A DNA stretch of 61,102 nucleotides, taken from the NCBI GenBank assembly GCA_018969185.1, contig JAGWYT010000004.1, positions 1 through 61,102 of the forward strand, written 5' to 3'. Below the pieces are notes generated by a model. That model had not been told where the DNA came from, ran no database searches, and worked only from the letters and a program-made list of their open reading frames with translations. Numbering within the stretch: position 1 is the first letter of the stretch; every line of letters starts with the position of its first letter. Position numbers and translations under genes: made by a program. Positions 29,106 to 38,235 of this stretch are shown piece by piece. Origin of the DNA: Rickettsiales bacterium. GTDB taxonomy: Bacteria > Pseudomonadota > Alphaproteobacteria > Rickettsiales > UBA1997.

Positions 29106-31208
29106 TTATCCCCCACTTACCATTTTCAAGCATTCATCATAATTAAAAAGCTGCAGTAATTCACGATATTTTTTACTTTCGGGGAATTGTAATTTTTCAT
29201 CTTTTTGCAAAATTACCTCAGCATTTTTGTGAGCAATTTTTAATAAATCATTATCAAAATTTAAATCTGCAATTTTAAATTCTGGAAAACCGCTTTGTTT
29301 AGTGCCAAGTAATTCGCCACTTCCCCGCATTTTTAAATCTTCTTCAGCAATAAAAAATCCATCATTTGAATCACGTAAAATTCCAAGTCTTTTCTTACCA
29401 TTAGCACCATATTTTTTTCCGTAAAGTAAAATGCAGTAAGATTTTTTCTCTCCTCTTCCAACGCGTCCACGTAATTGATGTAATTGCGAAAGTCCAAAAT
29501 GTTCGGCATTTTCAATTACAATTATTGTGGCGTCACTTACATCAATTCCAACTTCAATCACTGTTGTTGCAACCAATATTTTCAAGCATCCATCGCTTTT
29601 AACAAATTCACTCATCACTTTTTCTTTTTCTGATTCTTTCATTTTTCCATGAAGCAATCCGGTTTTTTCTTGACCAAAAATTTTTACTAACTCTTGATGT
29701 TTTTCTTTTACACTTCTAAGTCCGTTGGCTTCTTTTTCTAAATTATTTTCATCAATGATTTCTTCTTCAATTGCGGGACAAATAAAATAAATTTTTTCAC
29801 CTTGTGCAATCGCTCTTTTCAAGCTTTCATAGATTTCGTCAGATTTATTTGATGACATTATTAACGTCTCAATTTTTTGACGATTTTTTGGTTTTTCGTT
29901 TAAAATTGAAATATCCATATCGCCATATAGACCCATCATTAGGCTACGTGGAATGGGCGTTGCGCTCATTAATAAAGTGTCAACTTCTTGACCTTTTTCA
30001 ACTAATTTTAACCTTTGCATTACACCAAAACGATGTTGTTCGTCAATTATAGCAAGACCAAGATTCTTAAATTTCACATCATCTTCTAAAACCGCGTGAG
30101 TGCTGATTAGAATGTCAATTTTTCCTTCAGATAAATCTTGTAAAATTTTGTTTTTTTGTTTTTTTGTTGTGGTGCCAATCAAGAGCTCAACATTGATATT
30201 TAGGCCTTCAAGAAGCTTTTGAAAATAAATAAAATGTTGTTTTGCTAAAGTTGTAATTGGCACAATCACGCAGGCTTGCTTATTTTGTGAAATGGCAAGA
30301 AGACAAGCAAATATTGCCACCACAGTTTTTCCACTACCAACATCTCCTTGCAAAAGACGTAACATTTTTTTACTTGAAGCAATATCATTTTTTATTTCCA
30401 ACATCACTTTATGCTGTGATTTTGTAAGCTCAAAAGGCAGTGAGGTTAAGAATTCGTCAGCTAAATTTTTCGTAAAATTTATTTTTGTTTTATTTTGAAC
30501 ACCTTGTTTTTTCGCTAAAAGAATTGCAATTGACCAAGCTAAAAACTCATCATAGGCAAGGCGTTTTCTTGAATCATCTTTGAAAAAGGATGTTTCAAAG
30601 TAATGTAAATTTTTCATTGCCTCAAAAAATCCATTCCAATTTTTTTGCTTTATCAAACTCACATCAATCCACTCTTCAAGGGGTTTTTCCTTCTCACATA
30701 AAATCAAAATTTCTTTAATTTTATTACGTAAAAATTTTTGTGTAATAGCGTAAGAAAGCGGATAAATGACATTTATTTTTGGTAATTTTTCAATATCCTT
30801 AGCATCAATAATTTCTTGCGGATGAACAATTTGATTCTCACCAGATGATTTTTGTAAATTCCCTAAAACCGCAATTTCTCTACCTATTTTAAGCTTTTCA
30901 ATTTGCCCGGGAAAAGTTTTAAAAAAAACCAAAGAAAAATATCCGGTTGGAGTATAGCAAATTATTTTGTGTGGTTGCCTTGAATTTGCTGGTTTTACGT
31001 GTGATTCAATTTTTGCTTTTATAATAATTAATTCATCATTTTGTACTTCAAAAAGGCGAGGGCAGAAGGAAATATTTTCAATACGAAGTGGTTTTATCAA
31101 CAACAGATCAAAAATTCGATCACGAATTGTTAGTCTTAAAAGTGATTTATGAATTACTGTGCCAACACCTCTTAAAACTGATAATGGCTGTAGTAATATT
31201 TTATGCAT
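29106..31208 (-). CDS. recG: ATP-dependent DNA helicase RecG
   Basis: OB/wedge domain, QGDVGSGKT, DEQHRFG, MSATPIPR, QLHQLRGRVGRG, DLKMRGSGELLG. Confidence 0.97.
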   Translation of the reverse strand: MHKILLQPLSVLRGVGTVIHKSLLRLTIRDRIFDLLLIKPLRIENISFCPRLFEVQNDELIIIKAKIESHVKPANSRQPHKIICYTPTGYFSLVFFKTFPGQIEKLKIGREIAVLGNLQKSSGENQIVHPQEIIDAKDIEKLPKINVIYPLSYAITQKFLRNKIKEILILCEKEKPLEEWIDVSLIKQKNWNGFFEAMKNLHYFETSFFKDDSRKRLAYDEFLAWSIAILLAKKQGVQNKTKINFTKNLADEFLTSLPFELTKSQHKVMLEIKNDIASSKKMLRLLQGDVGSGKTVVAIFACLLAISQNKQACVIVPITTLAKQHFIYFQKLLEGLNINVELLIGTTTKKQKNKILQDLSEGKIDILISTHAVLEDDVKFKNLGLAIIDEQHRFGVMQRLKLVEKGQEVDTLLMSATPIPRSLMMGLYGDMDISILNEKPKNRQKIETLIMSSNKSDEIYESLKRAIAQGEKIYFICPAIEEEIIDENNLEKEANGLRSVKEKHQELVKIFGQEKTGLLHGKMKESEKEKVMSEFVKSDGCLKILVATTVIEVGIDVSDATIIVIENAEHFGLSQLHQLRGRVGRGEKKSYCILLYGKKYGANGKKRLGILRDSNDGFFIAEEDLKMRGSGELLGTKQSGFPEFKIADLNFDNDLLKIAHKNAEVILQKDEKLQFPESKKYRELLQLFNYDECLKMVSGG

Positions 31209-31305
31209 TATTAATTTATTTCTTTTTAAAGATTAGCGCAGGAACTGACTTGTAGTCCGTTCCTCATGTTCATTAAAAATTAAGACGTTCTTGCAGTGGA
31301 GAAAT

Positions 31306-31740
31306 TTAATCTTCCCCTCTTTGTTTGCGGCGATTATCATCTCTTTCTTTAATCGCCTCTCTTTTATCATAAAGTTTTTTGCCACGTCCAATTCCAACCA
31401 AAACCTTAGCAAAATTTTTTTTGTTAAAATAAATTTTTAGAGCAAGAGCAGAGTAGCCTTTGCTATTCATTTTACCGACTATTTTTTCTAATTGTTTTTT
31501 ATGTAATAAAATTTTTCTTGGACGTTTTGGTGCATGATTAAACTTGCTTGCACCCTTATATTCATTGATATTGGCGTTAATTAGAAATAACTCTCCCTTA
31601 CTTTCAGCAATATAACTTTCAGCAATGCTGGCTTTACCTTCTCTTAAAGATTTTACTTCACTTCCAAGCAGCATGATTCCTGCTTCAATCTCTTCTTCTA
31701 TGGTAAAATTAAATCTGGCTTTTCTATTTAGGATTTCCAT
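31306..31740 (-). CDS. smpB: SsrA-binding protein
   Basis: NRKARFNF, EAGIMLLGSEVKSLR, RKILLHK, GKKLYDKRE. Confidence 0.96.
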   Translation of the reverse strand: MEILNRKARFNFTIEEEIEAGIMLLGSEVKSLREGKASIAESYIAESKGELFLINANINEYKGASKFNHAPKRPRKILLHKKQLEKIVGKMNSKGYSALALKIYFNKKNFAKVLVGIGRGKKLYDKREAIKERDDNRRKQRGED

Positions 31741-32000
31741 TATTTATATATAGTGCTTCTATGTCCAATATCGATAATAATAATGATAAGTTCGTTCTTT
31801 TTAATCTCACAAACTATTCGATAATCTCCGACTCTATATCTCCAAAATCCTTTAAGATTAGCAGATAAAGCTTTACCAAAGTTTTCAGGATTTTTGCTAT
31901 TAGAGATTTTATTTAGATAGTTGTAAATCTTTTCTTGAGAGATGCGATCTAATTTCTCTAGAGATTTTAATGATTGTTGGTGATATTGAATTTTCCACAT
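31740..32000 (-). CDS. relE: Type II toxin, RelE/StbE family
   Basis: NPENFGKAL, GFWRYRVGDYRIV, IGHRSTIY. Confidence 0.9.
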   Translation of the reverse strand: MWKIQYHQQSLKSLEKLDRISQEKIYNYLNKISNSKNPENFGKALSANLKGFWRYRVGDYRIVCEIKKNELIIIIIDIGHRSTIYK

Positions 32001-32021
32001 TTCTTATGCAAAATTGGTGTT

Positions 32022-32258
32022 TTAACTCTTTTTCTTAAAGCCTAAACTTTCCCAAACTTCATCATGACTAAGCAATATATTGGGATTTTTTTCATATTCA
32101 TTTTTAGCTTTTAAAGCAGCTTTTACATCACGCCATTCTTCCAATTTGTCAATTAAAGCTCTTTTTATAAACCATGATTTGGTGCGGTCTTGTTCTTCGC
32201 AAAGCTGTTCAAGTTCTTCATTTAGCTCATCTGGCAGTCTAAAAGTAACTGTTGTCAT
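32022..32258 (-). CDS. Type II antitoxin, ribbon-helix-helix (RelB/StbD-like)
   Basis: TVTFRLPDEL beta-ribbon, RTKSWFIKRAL, acidic C-terminus; lies directly upstream of the toxin. Confidence 0.85.
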   Translation of the reverse strand: MTTVTFRLPDELNEELEQLCEEQDRTKSWFIKRALIDKLEEWRDVKAALKAKNEYEKNPNILLSHDEVWESLGFKKKS

Positions 32259-32295
32259 AAGTTGTATTTTAAATATTAATAGTATTAACGGTATT

Positions 32296-32324
32296 AATTG
32301 TAATACAATTCTTATTTAAGTCAA
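32296..32324 (-). promoter_or_regulatory. Toxin-antitoxin promoter with overlapping operator palindrome
   Basis: Minus strand TTGACT-N16-TACAAT; inverted repeat AATTGTA-A-TACAATT (32296-32310) covers the -10, as expected for RHH autorepression. Confidence 0.65.
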
Positions 32325-32332
32325 GGGACGAA

Positions 32333-32427
32333 AAAACTTCTCTCACCTTGAGCTTGTGACAAACCAAGAGAAGTTTTGTACTTAATTTTACTCTTGGTTT
32401 CGATAGGCTCAAGGCGCGGATAAGATT
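32333..32427. repeat. Family-2 REP-like inverted doublet
   Basis: AAAACTTCTC-TCACCTTGAGCTTGTGACAAACCAA-GAGAAGTTTT then an inverted unit ending GGATAAGATT. Confidence 0.82.
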
Positions 32428-32434
32428 ATGTGCT

Positions 32435-34771
32435 TTAAGTATTTATTAATGTTCCAGTTTTTTCTATATTTATCCAAAATGCCATAATTCTGATTAAATA
32501 TTCATTATCATCACCTTTAACAAAATAATCACTCATGCCAACGTTAAAGAAGTGGTGCAGTTTTTCAACTTCGCTATCTCCTGTAAAGGCAATTATTGGA
32601 GTTTCTTTTAAATTATTTTCTTTCTCATATTTTCTAATTTCAACTGTTGCCTCATCACCATTAACCTTATACATGTTGATGTCAGTGATGATTAGGTCGT
32701 AAGCACAACTACCACTGTCATCCTGAGCTCTACAGTCGCTTTTAGCGACTGTGAGCGAAGGATCTCTTTCAATTTCATTAGATCCTTCGCTACGCTCAGG
32801 ATGACAGGTGTATGATTCAGGATGACCAGAAAAAGAAGCCTTATATTTTTCCACTAGATCTTGTCCATCTGCCACTTTCTCCACTACAGCACCAAATTTT
32901 TCAATATATTTAGCAAGCATTAAAAGATTGGTTCCTTCATCATCAGCCAATAAAACTTTTTTATCTTTTAAAATAATTTTCAAATCATCTAAAGATTTAT
33001 TCTTCAGAGGGTCATATTTAATTCCAACCCATTTCGCAACAATCTTGCTCAATAATTCTTTTTTGGTTGGTTTGACAAAATAGCCATCAGCGCCGGCAGC
33101 AATTGCTTTCTCTTTTGCATCAGTTAAATAAGAATAAGCAATAATTGGAATATCATGTCTTAATTTTCTGATTTCTCTTATTGCTTCAAATCCGTCCATC
33201 ACTGGCATTTCCAAATCCATCAAAACAAATTCATATGGTTTAATTCTATTATCTTCTTCGTGATCATAATAATTTTTTCTAACCATATTTACTGCTTCAG
33301 ATCCATCTTTTGCAATGTCACAAATGATATTAAGATTTTTTTCTAAAATTGATTCTTCAATTAATAAATTAACTTGCTCATCATCAACAATTAGAATTTT
33401 TTTCTTCCCTGCTTCAACAGGGTCAAGCTTTGCTTGTTTTAATTCTTCTTCGCTTAGAATTGGAAATAATAAACTAAATTTAGTCCATTTTTTTAATTCA
33501 GATTCGCAAATAATATCTCCACCAAAAGCAATCATATTTCTTTTGCAAAAGGCAAGACCTAAGCCAGTTCCACCTTTTTTGCCTGAAGTATAAAAGTCAC
33601 CAAATAATTTAGGAATAATGTTTTCAGGAATTCCAGGGCCAGTATCTTGAACATAAATTACATTATAATTTTCCCCTTCATAAGCTCTTTGTTCAACGCC
33701 AATTGTAACGACAGAATCAGGATAATCTTTTAAATAATAAAGCGCATTTTTTAGGAGATTATAAATAATAAAAGTAAATCTTTCTGGGACTACTTTGAAG
33801 GTGAAATCATTATCAGAGTTTAATTTGAGGATTATTTTTGATTTTTCGTTTTCTTCCTTATAGCCGTAGTTTTCTACAATCTTAGGGATAATAACAGATG
33901 GTGATAAGTAAGAAAGATCGCTAGAATTAATCGATTTTTCTCCAAGATCATTTAAAATAATATTAATTATATTATTGGCTCCATCTATTGCTCGCGATAT
34001 TTTAGAAGCTAAGGCTGCTAGTTGTTGAGTTTGAGAGCCTGACAATGCATCATTAGACTTTTTATTTCCTTTATTTATTTCAGATAAAGTGGCACTTATT
34101 TGATTCCCAATTAAATTAATGGTGTTTAATGGATTGCGAATTTCATGTGCGATAGATCCAGCAAGAGATCTGATAATTGTCATTTTGGCTTTAACCGCTA
34201 TACCTTTTGTATTACAGTAGCTGAAAGCATATCCTATAAAAATTGCGAAACCAAATAGAGGTACGTATGTAACAAGAAGATGATCATTTAAGATTATCAA
34301 TTCTGGATGGGTTATACTACAATATGTGATAGCACCAAGTGTTCCAATTAGGAAATTTAAGAACAAAATGATAGGATTTGGAAGGAGCATGGCACAAAAA
34401 ATTATACATGCCATCATACCGCAAGACCAACTTAGAGAGAAGTCGTTTAAAATAAACAGGGTGGTAAAGCAAAATGAAAGATTATAACAAACTGCACAAA
34501 ACCAATAGAGTTTAACGTGTTTTTTTAAATGCTGAGGCCAGAATTTAAACAATAATAAAATTACAGAAACAAAAAACCCAATTGCTCTTAATTTAAGATC
34601 TTCGTATTTCTGTGGATCAATATATGACCAAAGAAACCAGTAAGCTGGGTGTCCGAAAGCTCCAGCAATACCAAGAACATAGAAATTATAATCTACAACT
34701 TGATCCTTGTCTAAGAAATTATTTTTATACCAGCTTTTTAAACGGTATTTTATAAGTGTAGCGGTTTTCAT
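32435..34771 (-). CDS. CqsS/LqsS-type hybrid sensor kinase HK1 (6 TM, HisKA, HATPase, two receiver domains)
   Basis: GHPAYWFLWSYIDPQKYEDLKLR is similar to Vibrio CqsS GFPAYYFIWEYWFPQxYENLGLR; AGSIAHEIRNPL; GLGLAFCKRNMIAFGGDIICES; two DD-D-S/T-K receivers. ATG at 34771 lies 1 nt after the ketosynthase stop. Confidence 0.9.
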   Translation of the reverse strand: MKTATLIKYRLKSWYKNNFLDKDQVVDYNFYVLGIAGAFGHPAYWFLWSYIDPQKYEDLKLRAIGFFVSVILLLFKFWPQHLKKHVKLYWFCAVCYNLSFCFTTLFILNDFSLSWSCGMMACIIFCAMLLPNPIILFLNFLIGTLGAITYCSITHPELIILNDHLLVTYVPLFGFAIFIGYAFSYCNTKGIAVKAKMTIIRSLAGSIAHEIRNPLNTINLIGNQISATLSEINKGNKKSNDALSGSQTQQLAALASKISRAIDGANNIINIILNDLGEKSINSSDLSYLSPSVIIPKIVENYGYKEENEKSKIILKLNSDNDFTFKVVPERFTFIIYNLLKNALYYLKDYPDSVVTIGVEQRAYEGENYNVIYVQDTGPGIPENIIPKLFGDFYTSGKKGGTGLGLAFCKRNMIAFGGDIICESELKKWTKFSLLFPILSEEELKQAKLDPVEAGKKKILIVDDEQVNLLIEESILEKNLNIICDIAKDGSEAVNMVRKNYYDHEEDNRIKPYEFVLMDLEMPVMDGFEAIREIRKLRHDIPIIAYSYLTDAKEKAIAAGADGYFVKPTKKELLSKIVAKWVGIKYDPLKNKSLDDLKIILKDKKVLLADDEGTNLLMLAKYIEKFGAVVEKVADGQDLVEKYKASFSGHPESYTCHPERSEGSNEIERDPSLTVAKSDCRAQDDSGSCAYDLIITDINMYKVNGDEATVEIRKYEKENNLKETPIIAFTGDSEVEKLHHFFNVGMSDYFVKGDDNEYLIRIMAFWINIEKTGTLINT
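32716..32806 (-). repeat. Family-1 palindromic element, in frame inside HK1 receiver 2
   Basis: TGTCATCCTGAGCGTAGCGAAGGATCT...AGATCCTTCGCTC-ACAGTCGC-TAAAA-GCGACTGT-AGAGCTCAGGATGACA, 91 bp, plus a partial GTCATCCTGAA stub to about 32826. Confidence 0.92.
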
Positions 34772-34772
34772 T

Positions 34773-35816
34773 CTAAAATTCAAAAAGAGTGCCATTAAAA
34801 GACATCCCAGCACTGCCTACCCAAGACAGTACTTTGGCGCCCCTCTTTAATTTTCCTTCTTGTTCTGCCAAAAACATTGCGGCTGGAACAGATGCCGAAA
34901 CTAAATTTCCGGTTCTATGATAAATATGATATATTTTGTTGCCAATACCAACCGTATCACCATATTTTTGCCACTCATTCTTAGATGAAGCGTGAGTAAA
35001 AACAATATCTATCTTTTCTTTATTAACTGACATTGAGTTAAATAACTTTACTATTTCTTCTTCTCCAAATTTATGTAAATCATAACCATAAGAACTAAAG
35101 TGTATGGCGCCGTTATTTCCAGTTTTATCTGTCATATCGCAATATTGCTTATATTCTGGAGTTGGTATTACACATAAATCAGCTAAATCAGCACGAGAAG
35201 AAAATTTAAATGTAAAATTTTCTGAATTTTTAGGAGTAAGAATAGTGCATGTTGCTCCTTCTCCAACTGTAAATGTAGGGAAAGTATATTCTAATTGTTG
35301 TTCATTTCTTAAAGAATAATTTTTAAATAAAGGGCCTCCGTGAACGGTAAATTCACCGTTAACTATCATTGCATTTTTATATGAATTACTTTTAAATAAA
35401 CTATCAACTATTTGCATAGTAGCTGTCCAGCTCATGCAAGCATCTATTACGTCAAAGCATCTTACGCTATTCATTCCCATAGCTTTTGCAACTAAGTAGC
35501 TATTTCCTGGTTCGGCAAACCCTCTTCCTATACCAACATATATCAAAAGATCTATATCATTTTTACTCATATTTGCTTTTAATAAAGCCTGTTCGATAGA
35601 GTTTTTTATATGATCAATTGGTTTTTCGTCTTTTTCTTTGCTAAGCCAATAACGTTCCTTTGCTCCAGTTTTATCAAGAATGATACTTGCTTTTCTTAAT
35701 GCTTTATCAAGATTTCCTTCAAATGTTGGTTTTGAGTTATGTCTTATTAGGTCAACAACTTCTTCGTTGTTTAATTTCCAAGATGGCAAACTTAACGATA
35801 CTGCTTCGATTTTCAT
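34773..35816 (-). CDS. Ketosynthase III / thiolase-fold condensing enzyme (OleA/PpyS/FabH-like)
   Basis: AEP (Glu), FDVIDACMSW (Cys), IVNGE, VFTHASS (His), TGNLVSASVP (Asn), GSAGMS. Confidence 0.88.
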   Translation of the reverse strand: MKIEAVSLSLPSWKLNNEEVVDLIRHNSKPTFEGNLDKALRKASIILDKTGAKERYWLSKEKDEKPIDHIKNSIEQALLKANMSKNDIDLLIYVGIGRGFAEPGNSYLVAKAMGMNSVRCFDVIDACMSWTATMQIVDSLFKSNSYKNAMIVNGEFTVHGGPLFKNYSLRNEQQLEYTFPTFTVGEGATCTILTPKNSENFTFKFSSRADLADLCVIPTPEYKQYCDMTDKTGNNGAIHFSSYGYDLHKFGEEEIVKLFNSMSVNKEKIDIVFTHASSKNEWQKYGDTVGIGNKIYHIYHRTGNLVSASVPAAMFLAEQEGKLKRGAKVLSWVGSAGMSFNGTLFEF

Positions 35817-35966
35817 TTAATATTTTATCTATTGAGGTTTTGAATTGATACTTGTGGTAGTTACAAGCGGGGACAGAATAAATTTAATTCTTCACAAAAA
35901 GAAGAAACTTCGTGTTTTGAGGATGTTTTAAGTTTTATATGTTATAAAAAGCTACATAATCGCGGA

Positions 35967-38111
35967 CTATGCGATCTTTACCCAAAACCCTATAATTCTA
36001 ATCAAATATTCATTATCATCGCCTTTAACAAAATAATCATTCATGCCAACGTTAAAGAAGTGATGGAGCTTTTCAGTTTCGCTATTCCCAGTAAAAGCAA
36101 TTATTGGGATTTGTTTTAAATTATTTTCTTTTTCGTGTTTTCTAATCTTAATTGTTGCCTCATCGCCATTAACTTTATACATGTTGACGTCAGTGATGAT
36201 GAGGTCATAAGTGCTATGAGAAGAAGCCTCATATTTTGCAACCAGCTCATTACCATCTTTTACTTGATCTATAATCATACCATAATTTTCAAGATATTTA
36301 GTAAGTATTATGCGATTGGTTGTTTCGTCATCAGCTAAGAGAATTCTCTTATTGTTCAAAATATCTTTTAGTTCTTGTCGTGACCTAGAAACAAAAGGGT
36401 CGTATTTAATATTACTCCATTTAGCAACTGTTTTAAGAAGCAACTCTTTCTTTGCTGGTTTATTTAGGAAATCATTAGCTCCAGATTCTAGGGCTTTTTC
36501 TTTGGCACCTTTTAAAGAGGAATATGTTATAATTGGTAGTGAAGAATTGAATTTTCTTATTTCCTTTGTCGCGTCAAATCCGTTCATTACTGGCATTTCT
36601 ACATCCATGATAATCGCCACATAATCTTTACTTTTCTTCAGAATTTCAACAGCCTCAAAGCCATTATTTATAGTGTCACAAATAACATTTAAGTTTCTTT
36701 CTAAGGTGGATTTCTCAATCAGTAAATTAACTTGCTCATCATCAACTATTAATATTTTATTATTTTCAATTATATTGGTTTTTATTTGTTCTTCATTGCT
36801 TAAAATTGGAAATAATAAACTAAATTTTGTCCATTCATTTACTTCCGATTCACAAATTATATCACCATCAAAGGCGATCATATTTCTTTTGCAAAATGCG
36901 AGACCAAGCCCAGTGCCACCTTTCTTGCCAAAGGTAAAAAAATCATCAAATAATTTTGGAATTACATCATAAGGAATTCCAGGGCCAGTATCATGAACAT
37001 AAATGACATTATAATTCTTTCCTTCAAAAACTCTTTGTTCAGTGCCAATTGTGACTATGGAATTAGGATATTTGTCCAAATAATAAAGTGCGTTTTTAAG
37101 TAAATTATAGATGATGAATATTAGTCTTTCTGGAATTGCTTTGAAGATAAAATAATTGTTTAAATTGAGCTTTACCTTTTGTTTTTCGGATTCTTCTTGA
37201 TATCCGTAGCTTGATATTACATCAAGCACAATTTCTCTTGGTTGAAGATATTTAAAATCACTGTGATTAATTGTTTTTTCTCCTAAATCGTTAAGCACTA
37301 TATTAATAATGTCATTTGCCTGCTTTATAGCGTTATTAATATTATTTTTACAGTTTAGAACTTCTTTTAATCTTAATTTCTCATCTAAATTTGGTGATTT
37401 AAGAATTGTTGTGCTATTAGCAATTGCCAATCTTATGCTATTTAGAGGGTTGCGAATTTCATGAACTATAGAGCCAGCTATAGAAATAACTTTTTTATAT
37501 TGCTGATTTTCCTTGGCGGTGATCCAAGCAGAGCGGTTAGCATAAATGAAAATTATACTAGTAAATCCAGTAAAAAATAAAATAAAACTATATCCAGCAA
37601 TGTTAAATTGAGGTGATAAATCAATTATGTCACTTGTTGGAGTTGTGATAATATATAAGACTATTGCCGCAGAAAATGAAATCAGTAAATCAATTATGAA
37701 GATTAGCCAATTTGGCACATATAGAGCTAATAGAAAAGTTACAAATATTTCCCAATATAGATAAATTTCATGAAAATTATTTTTTAAAAGTAAAAAAGTT
37801 ACACTAAAAGTAAGAGCTGCCATTACCATTACATGCCAGTAAAATGGAAAATATTTGATTTTAACTGTTTCTGGTAAGTATTTGTAGAAGTAAACAGAAG
37901 AGCATAAGAAAGCCACAGTCAAACGCAGAGTAAGACTTTCGTAAGGCAGAATTACAACATAACTATAAAAGAAATATAAAAATATGTAAGTTGGTGCGCC
38001 AATAAGAACAGCAGTCAAGATATTGCCACGATCAATCTGGGTTCCCTCTCCAAAGGATTTAACCAAAAATTGTTTAATTTTAGCTATAAAATTGCTCATC
38101 AGTAGCTTCAC
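35967..38111 (-). CDS. CqsS/LqsS-type hybrid sensor kinase HK2 (6 TM, HisKA, HATPase, two receiver domains)
   Basis: PYESLTLRL in the sensor region, AGSIVHEIRNPL, kinase and receiver domains closely paralogous to HK1; start is GTG 38111 or ATG 38099. Confidence 0.88.
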   Translation of the reverse strand: MKLLMSNFIAKIKQFLVKSFGEGTQIDRGNILTAVLIGAPTYIFLYFFYSYVVILPYESLTLRLTVAFLCSSVYFYKYLPETVKIKYFPFYWHVMVMAALTFSVTFLLLKNNFHEIYLYWEIFVTFLLALYVPNWLIFIIDLLISFSAAIVLYIITTPTSDIIDLSPQFNIAGYSFILFFTGFTSIIFIYANRSAWITAKENQQYKKVISIAGSIVHEIRNPLNSIRLAIANSTTILKSPNLDEKLRLKEVLNCKNNINNAIKQANDIINIVLNDLGEKTINHSDFKYLQPREIVLDVISSYGYQEESEKQKVKLNLNNYFIFKAIPERLIFIIYNLLKNALYYLDKYPNSIVTIGTEQRVFEGKNYNVIYVHDTGPGIPYDVIPKLFDDFFTFGKKGGTGLGLAFCKRNMIAFDGDIICESEVNEWTKFSLLFPILSNEEQIKTNIIENNKILIVDDEQVNLLIEKSTLERNLNVICDTINNGFEAVEILKKSKDYVAIIMDVEMPVMNGFDATKEIRKFNSSLPIITYSSLKGAKEKALESGANDFLNKPAKKELLLKTVAKWSNIKYDPFVSRSRQELKDILNNKRILLADDETTNRIILTKYLENYGMIIDQVKDGNELVAKYEASSHSTYDLIITDVNMYKVNGDEATIKIRKHEKENNLKQIPIIAFTGNSETEKLHHFFNVGMNDYFVKGDDNEYLIRIIGFWVKIA

Positions 38112-38153
38112 TTAGAAATGAAAGAGTTTTTAACTTTTCTACTTCCACTAACC

Positions 38154-38210
38154 TAAAAACTCAATTATAGTCAGTATCAAAGCCTTTATATTTAGCAAAG
38201 TGCTTCAAAA
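38154..38210 (-). promoter_or_regulatory. Bipartite upstream box, copy 1 (before HK2)
   Basis: Plus strand TAAAAACTCAATTAT-N28-AAAGTGCTTCAAAA, identical to copy 2 in both arms and spacing. Confidence 0.65.
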
Positions 38211-38235
38211 TTAGGGTTTAGTTCTGATCCAGTTT

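Noticed and set aside
243-34813. ORF-track starts at 243, 2496, 13129 and 34813
   Set aside because: Homology, overlaps or repeat origin favour downstream ATGs at 312, 2595, 13096 and 34771.
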